Source: Patescibacteria group bacterium (GTDB taxonomy: Bacteria > Patescibacteriota > Minisyncoccia > UBA6257 > UBA9933). From it: a stretch of 47,947 nt of DNA. Below, one piece after another: positions 40,828 to 47,947 of the stretch (the first letter of the stretch is position 1; each line of letters starts with the position of its first letter). A program made the translations under genes and the position numbers. The notes under the pieces were generated by a model, which worked only from the letters and a program-made list of their open reading frames with translations, searched no databases and had not been told where the DNA came from. The stretch covers positions 1 to 47,947 of the forward strand of contig JASJPP010000030.1 of the NCBI GenBank assembly GCA_031432155.1, given 5' to 3'.

Positions 40828-43000
40828 ATGAAAGTTTGCGGGGATTGTGATTGGCGCATTCTTTGCGCGAGCACCTTTCCGGTATGGTCTTGGTGCCTTC
40901 CATCATCAGCGATTTACAGGAACCGCAGGTTTTTCCCGTCGGCCGCGCTTTTATCGCGAAGCGGCATTCCGGATAATTGGAGCAGGAATAAAACAGGCCA
41001 AATCTGCCGCGGCGCTCCACGATTTCTCCGTTTTTGTCTTTACACGCGGGGCAAGCAACGCCGGTTTTTTTCTTCGCTTCTTCTTCCGGGCTGGTTTTGA
41101 TGTATTTGCATTTCGGGTAATTGTTGCAGGAGATGAATTTTCCGTACCGGCCTTCGCGTTCAATCAATTTTCCAGTCGGGCATTTCGGGCATGTTTCACC
41201 GGTTTCTTTCGGGCCTTCCGCTACGGAGCCGTCCATTTTTCTGGCGCCGGCGCATTCGGGGAATTTCGCGCAGCTTAAAAATTTTCCGGTTCGGGAAAGT
41301 TTGATTATCATCGGGCTGTTGCAGGCCGGGCATTTGTGTTCTTCGCCGGCCTCGCCGAGATTGGTTATTTTCTCGGCGGTTTTTGATTTGATTTTTATTT
41401 CTTTTGAGAACGGTTTGTAAAAATCTCCGAGCATTTTTTCGTATTTTCTTTTCCCTTCGGCGATTTCATCAAGTTCGTTTTCCATCTCGGCGGTAAAAGA
41501 ATCGCTGATGTACTGGCTGAAATTTTGTTCAATGAAATTATTGACCACTTCGCCGGTGTCCGTCGGATGCAAGGTTTTGCCTTCTTTCGCGACATAGCCG
41601 CGGTCTTGGATTGTTTTAATGATAGTCGCGTAGGTGCTGGGCCTGCCGATTTCGCGTTTTTCCAATTCTTTTACCAGGCCCGCTTCCGTGTATCTGCCGG
41701 GCGGTTCGGTTTGTTTGCTCTGACTTTCAATATTCAATAATTTTAACGTTTCGTCTTCGGATAATTTCGGTATCCGGGTTTCTTCGCCTCGAGCTTCTTT
41801 ATCCGCCGCCAGCCAGCCCAAAAAAACGGCAACGCTTCCCGTAACGGAGAAGTCGGGAATCAATCCTTCTTTGATTATATTGGCCGACACTTTTGTTTTG
41901 AGTGTTTTGGCGTCGGCCATTTGGGAAGAAATCATTCTTTCCCAGATGAGTTTATACAGTTTTTTCTGTTCATCGGTCGCGCCGGCCGATTTTTTTCCGG
42001 CATCGGTCGGCCTTATCGCTTCGTGCGCTTCCTGGGCGCTTTTGCTTTTTGTTTTATAGAGTCGCGGTTCCAGATATTCTTTGCCGTAAGTTTTTTCTAT
42101 CTCTTTATAAATGGCGGGCAGAGCTTCTTTGCTTACGTTTACGCTGTCCGTTCTCATATAAGTAATAAATCCCTGTTCGTAAAGTTTTTGAGCCACGGAC
42201 ATCGTGCGGGAAGGGGAATATCCGAGCCGGGAACTTGCGATTTGCTGGAGAGTGGAAGTGATAAAAGGCGGCTTGGGAGACCGCTTGGCTTCGCTTTGTT
42301 TTATTTTTATTATTCGCCACGAATTTTGCCGGGCGATTTCCGTAATACGGTTCATTTCTTTTTCGTCGGACGGCTGTTCTTCGCAGGTAAGCGTTATTTT
42401 ATCTTTTTTTTCCGTTTCGAACTCTCCCTCGATTACCCAGTAGTTTTCTGGAACAAAAGCGCGGATTTCGCGTTCGCGCTCCATTATTATGCGAAGCGCC
42501 GGCGATTGGACGCGTCCGGCGGACAAGCCGTAGCGGACTTTTTTCCAGATAAGGCCGCTTAAGTCGTAGCCGACAATTCTGTCCAAGACGCGGCGGGCTT
42601 CCTGGGCTCTGCGCAGATTTTCGTCAATGTCTCTCGGGTGTTTGAGAGCGTCTTCTATGGCCGATTGCGTAATTTCGTGAAAGACTATTCGTTTCGGATT
42701 TTTAAGTCCGCAAGATTCTTTGATGTGCCAGGCGATGGCTTCGCCTTCGCGGTCAGGGTCGGTCGCGAGCAGCACCTCGTCCGCTTTCCCGGCAAGCTCT
42801 TTGATTTCGGCGACGATTTTTTCTTTTCCTTTGGATATTTCGTAGCGCGGGACGAATCCATTCGGAATGTCTATCGTTTTTTTGTTGCTTTTGGGGAGAT
42901 CGCGGATGTGGCCGTAAGAAGATTCTATTTTATATTTTTTCCCCAAAAAGCCGCTCAAGGTGCGCGCTTTGGTGGGAGATTCCACTATTATCAGGTTCAT
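40826..43000 (-). CDS. topA: DNA topoisomerase I
   Basis: TOPRIM N-terminus (LIIVESPTKA), active-site region YMRTDS, C-terminal repeated C4 zinc fingers. Confidence 0.95.
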   Translation of the reverse strand: MNLIIVESPTKARTLSGFLGKKYKIESSYGHIRDLPKSNKKTIDIPNGFVPRYEISKGKEKIVAEIKELAGKADEVLLATDPDREGEAIAWHIKESCGLKNPKRIVFHEITQSAIEDALKHPRDIDENLRRAQEARRVLDRIVGYDLSGLIWKKVRYGLSAGRVQSPALRIIMEREREIRAFVPENYWVIEGEFETEKKDKITLTCEEQPSDEKEMNRITEIARQNSWRIIKIKQSEAKRSPKPPFITSTLQQIASSRLGYSPSRTMSVAQKLYEQGFITYMRTDSVNVSKEALPAIYKEIEKTYGKEYLEPRLYKTKSKSAQEAHEAIRPTDAGKKSAGATDEQKKLYKLIWERMISSQMADAKTLKTKVSANIIKEGLIPDFSVTGSVAVFLGWLAADKEARGEETRIPKLSEDETLKLLNIESQSKQTEPPGRYTEAGLVKELEKREIGRPSTYATIIKTIQDRGYVAKEGKTLHPTDTGEVVNNFIEQNFSQYISDSFTAEMENELDEIAEGKRKYEKMLGDFYKPFSKEIKIKSKTAEKITNLGEAGEEHKCPACNSPMIIKLSRTGKFLSCAKFPECAGARKMDGSVAEGPKETGETCPKCPTGKLIEREGRYGKFISCNNYPKCKYIKTSPEEEAKKKTGVACPACKDKNGEIVERRGRFGLFYSCSNYPECRFAIKARPTGKTCGSCKSLMMEGTKTIPERCSRKECANHNPRKLS

Positions 43001-43027
43001 AACAATAAATTTTAACCGCCGGATTTT

Positions 43028-43951
43028 TTAAACGTTTATCGCGTATCCTTTTTCCGTTTCTTTTAACGCGTCATTGACGACAAGAAAGGCAATTGTTTGG
43101 TTGATTGCTTGCGGTTCCAGTTTAGTGAGTTCGGCGATTTTGTCAATGTTAAGCGGCCGGCCGGCTTTATTGATGATTTTTAGAATTGACAACTGGTTTT
43201 TGTCGGTGATTTTATTCAGATCAAGTTTTTGTTGTTTCAATTCGGTTGAATTTTTTTTCGGAAAAATCGCGGCGGGTAAATCCTCCAGTATGTCTTCAAG
43301 AGAAGCGGCAAGCCGCGCCCCGTCTCTTATCAGTTTATGGGAGCCGCGATAATTCGGATGATTTATCGGTCCGGGGAAAACAAAAACTTCCCGCCCCTGT
43401 TCGGCCGCCAGGCGGGCGGTGACCAGGGATCCGGAATCTATCGGCGCTTCAATTACGATTGTGGCGATGCTTAATCCGCTTACGATCCTGTTTCGTTCCA
43501 GAAATCTGTTTCGCAGGGCCGGGGTTCCGATCGGGTATTCGGAAATAATCGCGCCGCCGGTCCCGATAATTTGCCTGGCCAGATTTTCGTTTTGTTTCGG
43601 ATAAATCGAGTCAAGACCGCAGGCTAAAACCGCGACGGTTTCGCTTTTGCCGTCAAGCGCGCCCTCATGGGCCGCGGTGTCAATGCCCATGGCCAATCCG
43701 CTTACGATTACGGCGCCGAGTTCGGAAAGCTGCCGGCTGATTTTTTTGGCGAGCATCCGGCCTTCGGCCGTCGCCTTTCTTGTTCCGACAACGGCGACGC
43801 GCGGCTTTTTTTCTTCCGGCAATTTGCCTAAAACGTTAATTTGAAGAGGAGGATAAGAAATTTCTTTTAATAAAAAAGGATAACCGTTTTTATTGTATTT
43901 GAAGGTTTTAATTTCGGGCTTCATGTTATATAATATCATTATATACGACAA
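43028..43951 (-). CDS. dprA: DNA processing protein DprA (Smf)
   Basis: Rossmann-like core VVGTRKAT..GRMLAKKI...IVSGLAMGIDTAAHEGAL, C-terminal winged helix. Alternative start ATG 43924. Confidence 0.88.
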   Translation of the reverse strand: MSYIMILYNMKPEIKTFKYNKNGYPFLLKEISYPPLQINVLGKLPEEKKPRVAVVGTRKATAEGRMLAKKISRQLSELGAVIVSGLAMGIDTAAHEGALDGKSETVAVLACGLDSIYPKQNENLARQIIGTGGAIISEYPIGTPALRNRFLERNRIVSGLSIATIVIEAPIDSGSLVTARLAAEQGREVFVFPGPINHPNYRGSHKLIRDGARLAASLEDILEDLPAAIFPKKNSTELKQQKLDLNKITDKNQLSILKIINKAGRPLNIDKIAELTKLEPQAINQTIAFLVVNDALKETEKGYAINV

Positions 43952-44466
43952 TGGATTTTAAGAAACGTTTAACGATAAATATAGGCGTCTCCTTGATTAT
44001 TTTTGTTTTAATATCGGCGTCTTTATTTTTTATCGGTAAAAACATTACCGGCCGCGCCGAAAAAATAAAACAATTGCGCGGCGAAATAGATTTTCGTTCG
44101 CGGGCGAACCAGTCGTTGGCGTTGTTGCGCAACGACGCCCAGAAAGCTTCCGATTACGCTTTCGCTCTGGATAATATATTGTTGAGCCGCGACCGGCTGC
44201 TGGATTTTCCTCATCAGATTGAAGCGATCGCCGCCCAAAACAACGTTAATTTCAGTTTTGGTTTCGGGCAGGAAACGCCGAAAGACGGAGCGGGTTTCGG
44301 CGTTATAAATTTTAACGCTTCGTCGGCCGGTTCGTTTGACAATTTGATTAATTTTTTGAAATATATTGAAAACAGCGGTTATTTCGTGAAAATAGAATCC
44401 TTTGATTTTCAGCGCAAAGGGAACGATTTTCAGTGGCTGTTTTCCGGAAAGATTTTTTCTTTTTAA
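43951..44466 (+). CDS. hypothetical bitopic membrane protein with PilO-like architecture
   Basis: N-terminal TM, coiled-coil segment, C-terminal alpha/beta domain (GSFDNLINFLKYIENSGYFVKIESF), resembling type IV pilus alignment protein PilO. Confidence 0.4.
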   Translation: MDFKKRLTINIGVSLIIFVLISASLFFIGKNITGRAEKIKQLRGEIDFRSRANQSLALLRNDAQKASDYAFALDNILLSRDRLLDFPHQIEAIAAQNNVNFSFGFGQETPKDGAGFGVINFNASSAGSFDNLINFLKYIENSGYFVKIESFDFQRKGNDFQWLFSGKIFSF

Positions 44467-44469
44467 TTT

Positions 44470-44661
44470 ATGGGAAAAAGAGGAACAATATTTTTGGCGG
44501 TTGCGATTTTAATTTTAGCCGCTATAATCGGCATAGTCGTTTATTCGATGATTTTTTTGACTTCAACCATCAAGCCGGTTTTAGAAGAAGAGGCGGCGGC
44601 GCCTTCGCCGATCGCTAAATTCAATTTCGACGGGTTAAAAGAATTAGGGATAACGGAATAG
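44470..44661 (+). CDS. small membrane protein (63 aa)
   Basis: Single TM (IFLAVAILILAAIIGIVVY). 3-nt gap after the previous gene. Confidence 0.45.
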   Translation: MGKRGTIFLAVAILILAAIIGIVVYSMIFLTSTIKPVLEEEAAAPSPIAKFNFDGLKELGITE

Positions 44662-44732
44662 GGCGCATAGTTCAGTGGTAGAACGCAGTCCTGATAAGAC
44701 TGAGGCCGAAGGTTCGATCCCTTCTGCGCCCA
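44661..44732 (+). tRNA. tRNA-Ile(GAU), CCA not encoded
   Basis: Acceptor GGGCGCA/TGCGCCC, D-arm GTTC/GAAC, anticodon loop CTGATAA, T-loop TTCGATC. Followed by cac rather than cca. Confidence 0.9.
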
Positions 44733-44769
44733 CACCCCATAAAACGCAGATTGTTGTTCTTTGAAAATT

Positions 44770-44798
44770 TTGCGGACATCCATTATTTGAATTATAAT
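44770..44798 (+). promoter_or_regulatory. promoter TTGCGG-17-TATAAT, with the -10 6 nt before the ATG (leaderless geometry)
   Basis: -35 at 44770-44775, -10 at 44793-44798, ATG at 44805. Confidence 0.5.
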
Positions 44799-44804
44799 TA
44801 CAAA

Positions 44805-45149
44805 ATGGCTTTTGTCCCGTATCTTTTTAAAAGTTTTTTCTTCCGCTTGGTTGAGTTTTTTCGTCACTGGTATTTGAACAGTTTTAAAATTTACACTCAC
44901 TTCGTCATTTCCTTGCTGGAAAAACTGGACAGGGGAATCGCTTTTAAAATCACCCTCCGTTATTTTTTCCACCCGCTTTTCGGAGACTACACCGTTCTCG
45001 GGCATATTTTGGGAATTTTTTTCCGGTTTTGGAGGTTGGCGTTCGGAGCGATTGTTTATTCGGTTTTTGTCGCGATTGCCGTGTTTTTTTATTTTGTCTG
45101 GCTGGCGGCGCCGGCGTATATGATTTTTAAAATTTTAACGGCTCAATAG
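44805..45149 (+). CDS. hypothetical membrane protein co-transcribed with the Clp-like ATPase
   Basis: MAFVPYLF... with C-terminal TM helices. ATG 44805 preferred over the track start 44751 because of the promoter geometry. 1-nt gap to the next gene. Confidence 0.55.
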   Translation: MAFVPYLFKSFFFRLVEFFRHWYLNSFKIYTHFVISLLEKLDRGIAFKITLRYFFHPLFGDYTVLGHILGIFFRFWRLAFGAIVYSVFVAIAVFFYFVWLAAPAYMIFKILTAQ

Positions 45150-45150
45150 C

Positions 45151-47670
45151 ATGATTAAAATCAATCAGGAAAATCTTTATTTTTCCGAACCGCTTTTGGA
45201 GATGGGAGCCGTGAATCGTTTTTTTGTCCGCCTGGCGATTTATTGTTTTTACGCCGTTTTGGCGGTTGCCGCCGCGATTTTTTTGCTTTCCGACATTGGC
45301 CGACTTTTTTGGGCGGGCGTTTTACTTTCTTTGTTTTTAGGCGACCGGCTTCTTCATTTCAGCCAGGCTGAACGTTCTTTATTTGATTTAAACGGCGGGA
45401 AAGAGCAAAAAATCAACATTGCCGATTATTTGACGCCGGTCGCTTTTAAGGCGCTGGAAAAGGCGTTTGAAAAAAGCGTTTTTGTCGGCGCTAATTTTTA
45501 TCTTTACCTCGCGAAATTTTTAACGGAAAATCGCGACGTCAACGAAGCGCTTTTAAGAATGGACGTTGATATTGACCGGTTGGCGGAAAAAACAGAAGAT
45601 TTTTTAAAAAATCAGCCGTCGCCGCCGAAAACAAAGAAAGATTTAACCGGTCAGGCCGAAATTTTACTGAAAAAAGCTTTTGAGTTGGCTCTGGTTTCCG
45701 GCGAGCGGTATATTGAACCGCGCCATATTTTTTCCTCTTTGAGCTTTATTGAAGATCAAGAAATCAAACGCCTTTTTAATTTGTTTTCCGTTAATCCGGC
45801 GGATTTGGAAAACGCAATCGTTTTCGGCCGTTTCCGCCGCAATTTTTATCGTTTCAGTTGGCTGCGCTTGCCGCGCGTTTTAGGCGGTTTCGCGGCGAAG
45901 CACGATAAAATCCGCCATAGAATCATGAATCGCGCCTGGACCAGCCGGCCGACGCCGATATTGGATAAATACGGAATTGATTTTACTGATTTGGCGAGAA
46001 GCCGAGAAATCGGTTTTTTAATCGGCCACCGTTTGGAATACGAGCGGACGGTTGACGTTTTGTCAAAGCCGGGCGTCAAAAATATCATGCTGGTCGGCGA
46101 GCCGGGCAGCGGCAAAGAAACGATCGTCGCCCATCTGGCTTACGAGATAGCCAAAGATAAGGTGCCGGAGCCGCTTTTCGACAAACGGGTGGTTTCTCTT
46201 AAAATAGGCAGTTTGATTTCCGGCGCTTCGGCGGACGAAGTTTCCAAAAGAATCAACGGAATTATGGATGAAATTCTTGCCGCCGGGAATATCGTTTTAT
46301 ATATCCCGGACATCCATAATCTTACGAAAACATCGGGCAATCACTATCTTAGCGCGGCGGATATCATGATTCCGATAATCACCACCGACGCTTTTCCGGT
46401 GATCGGCGCGACTTATCCGCGGGAATTTAAAGAGATGGTGGAAACCAGAAGCGACTTCTCCAACGCTTTTGAAGTTGTTCGCGTTGAAGAAATCAACGAA
46501 GACGAAGCCGTAAGGCTGCTGACTTATGAGAGTATTATTTTGGAGCCGAGCTACGGAGTGATGGTGAGTTTCGGCGCGGTTAAAACCGCCGTTGCGTTGG
46601 CTCATAAATATTTTCGGCATAAGCTTTTGCCGGCTTCGGCCGAAGAGCTTTTAAAAGAATCTTTGGCGGACGCCAGCCAGAACAACAAGAAAATTTTAAA
46701 ATCCGACGACGTGATAAACATCGCCGAAAGAAAAACCAACGTTCCGATTCATCGGGCCGGCAAAAAAGAAGTTGAAAAACTGCTGAATCTGGAAAATATC
46801 ATCCATCAGCGTTTGGTTGATCAAGAAGAAGCCGTGAAGGCCGTAAGCCAATCTTTAAGGGAATACCGCAGCGGTTTGTCGCGGGACGGCGGGCCGATTG
46901 CCGCGTTTTTGTTCGTGGGGCCGACCGGCGTGGGCAAAACCGAGCTTTCCAAAATTTTGGCGCGGATTCAATTCGGTTCGGAAAAGCTGATGGCGCGTTT
47001 TGACATGTCGGAATATCAAACCAAAGAAAGCATCAACCGTTTTATCGGATCTTCGGACGGCAAAATCGCCGGCAGTTTAACCGAGGCGATTATCCAAAGG
47101 CCTTACAGTTTAATTTTGTTGGATGAGTTTGAAAAAGCCCATCCGGACATTTTAAATTTGTTTTTACAGGTTTTTGACGACGGCCGTTTGACCGACGCCC
47201 TGGGGCGGACGGTGGATTTTTCCAATACCATCATTATCTCCACCTCAAACGCCCATTCGGATTTCATCAAAACTCATATAGACGCCGGCACGGCGATGGA
47301 AACGATCGCCGACGAATTGAAAAAGAAATTAACGCAGTATTTCAAGCCGGAACTGCTCAACCGTTTTTCGCGAATAATTGTTTTTAAAAATCTTTCGCCT
47401 GAAAATATCAAAGCGATTGCCGCGCTTCAATTGAAAGATTTGGCGAGAGTCGTCGGCGAAGGCCACGGCGTTGTTTTGGAATTCAGCGACGAAGTTGTCG
47501 GCCGCGTTGCCGAACTCGGTTATGATCCGGCTTTCGGCGCCCGGCCTTTAAGGGGCGTCATTTCCGATAAAATTAAAAGCGTTTTGGCGGAGAAAATTTT
47601 GAAAAGCGAGATAATCAACGGCAGCAGTGTTAAAATAATTTTAGAAAACGGAGAAATAAAATTTATATAG
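45151..47670 (+). CDS. membrane-anchored ClpB/ClpC-like double-ring AAA+ protein with a degenerate first ATPase module
   Basis: N-terminal TM helices and Clp_N-like repeats. NBD1 reads GEPGSGKET / VLYIPDIH / FSNAFE. NBD2 is canonical: GPTGVGKT, LLDEFEKAH, STSN, LLNRFS, GARPLR. Confidence 0.85.
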   Translation: MIKINQENLYFSEPLLEMGAVNRFFVRLAIYCFYAVLAVAAAIFLLSDIGRLFWAGVLLSLFLGDRLLHFSQAERSLFDLNGGKEQKINIADYLTPVAFKALEKAFEKSVFVGANFYLYLAKFLTENRDVNEALLRMDVDIDRLAEKTEDFLKNQPSPPKTKKDLTGQAEILLKKAFELALVSGERYIEPRHIFSSLSFIEDQEIKRLFNLFSVNPADLENAIVFGRFRRNFYRFSWLRLPRVLGGFAAKHDKIRHRIMNRAWTSRPTPILDKYGIDFTDLARSREIGFLIGHRLEYERTVDVLSKPGVKNIMLVGEPGSGKETIVAHLAYEIAKDKVPEPLFDKRVVSLKIGSLISGASADEVSKRINGIMDEILAAGNIVLYIPDIHNLTKTSGNHYLSAADIMIPIITTDAFPVIGATYPREFKEMVETRSDFSNAFEVVRVEEINEDEAVRLLTYESIILEPSYGVMVSFGAVKTAVALAHKYFRHKLLPASAEELLKESLADASQNNKKILKSDDVINIAERKTNVPIHRAGKKEVEKLLNLENIIHQRLVDQEEAVKAVSQSLREYRSGLSRDGGPIAAFLFVGPTGVGKTELSKILARIQFGSEKLMARFDMSEYQTKESINRFIGSSDGKIAGSLTEAIIQRPYSLILLDEFEKAHPDILNLFLQVFDDGRLTDALGRTVDFSNTIIISTSNAHSDFIKTHIDAGTAMETIADELKKKLTQYFKPELLNRFSRIIVFKNLSPENIKAIAALQLKDLARVVGEGHGVVLEFSDEVVGRVAELGYDPAFGARPLRGVISDKIKSVLAEKILKSEIINGSSVKIILENGEIKFI

Positions 47671-47724
47671 CTTTACGGGATATTATTTTTTACGAATTTG
47701 TAATCTGCGTTCCCGTAAAATTTT

Positions 47725-47947
47725 ATGTCAAACCAGGAACTCGCCAAAATCTTCTATGAAATCGCCGATTATCTGGAGATGGAAGGCGCGGCTTTCAAGC
47801 CGCAGGCGCATAGAAAAGCGGCGGCAATGATTGAATCTTTGAAAGGCGATATCGGAGCGATATATCAAAAAGGCGGCGTTGAGGTGCTTAAAGAAATTCC
47901 GGGCGTCGGAGAAGGCCTTGCCAAAAAAATTGAAGAATATATCAAAA
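47725..47947 (+). CDS. polX: family X DNA polymerase (PolX), N-terminal fragment running off the window
   Basis: MSNQELAKIFYEIADYLEMEG..FKPQAHRKAA...IPGVGEGLAKKIEEYI is the typical PolX 8-kDa/HhH N-terminus. Confidence 0.6.
   Translation, partial: MSNQELAKIFYEIADYLEMEGAAFKPQAHRKAAAMIESLKGDIGAIYQKGGVEVLKEIPGVGEGLAKKIEEYIK

Noticed and set aside
41921-42562. Long antisense ORFs within topA (also 36508..37035 in parA, 37945..38376 in parB, 1434..2045 in the HlyD gene)
   Set aside because: They lie opposite strongly supported conserved genes and are rich in Arg/Gly/Phe, as is typical of antisense frames. They have no independent signals.
1-47947. Alternative genetic code (UGA recoding, as in some candidate phyla)
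   Set aside because: All long conserved genes (rpoB, rpoC, dnaA, topA and the Clp-like gene) are intact and full-length under the standard code. They end at positions consistent with their homologs.

Overview
This window looks like an origin-proximal, mostly housekeeping stretch of a small, gene-dense bacterial genome. Reduced protein sizes, many small membrane proteins, type IV pilus parts and Shine-Dalgarno (SD)-less gene starts suggest a CPR/Patescibacteria-like organism, but that is inference. All calls come from reading the ORF track and the DNA by eye; no searches were run.

Recognisable content:
- Replication and origin: dnaA-dnaN, divergent from rpmH-rnpA-yidC-jag.
- Transcription and translation: rpoB-rpoC, rpsF-ssb-rpsR.
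- Recombination and DNA handling: ruvB, yebC-ruvC, topA, dprA, a polX fragment.
- Segregation: parA and parB, split by an inserted gene.
- Envelope: PBP1A, a SEDS protein, mltG, a PAP2 phosphatase.
- Other: tsaE, tsaD, a Rel/SpoT homolog, a PilB ATPase, a MacAB/HlyD-type ABC exporter operon, a ClpB/ClpC-like AAA+ protein.
- Four tRNAs: Arg (partial), Glu, Leu, Ile.

I see no complete, obviously novel multi-gene system such as a defence island, CRISPR array, integrase or transposase.

The most unusual locus is the ~740-bp non-coding region at 6323-7062. It holds two 43-bp direct repeats and a 2.5-copy 39-bp tandem array whose units start with a near-parS 16-mer. It also holds a promoter-proximal ~206-nt rod-shaped RNA with a large central bubble (6S-RNA-like), directly upstream of the small nuclease gene yraN.

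Other points worth follow-up:
- A membrane-anchored Clp-like ATPase whose first ATPase module has lost its catalytic motifs.
- A split between SD-less or leaderless core genes and four small orphan genes that each carry a strong SD and a terminator. One of these interrupts parA-parB.
- A His/Tyr/Gly-rich lipoprotein behind a perfect consensus promoter.
- An AT-rich dnaN-dnaA block with candidate bipartite origin features.
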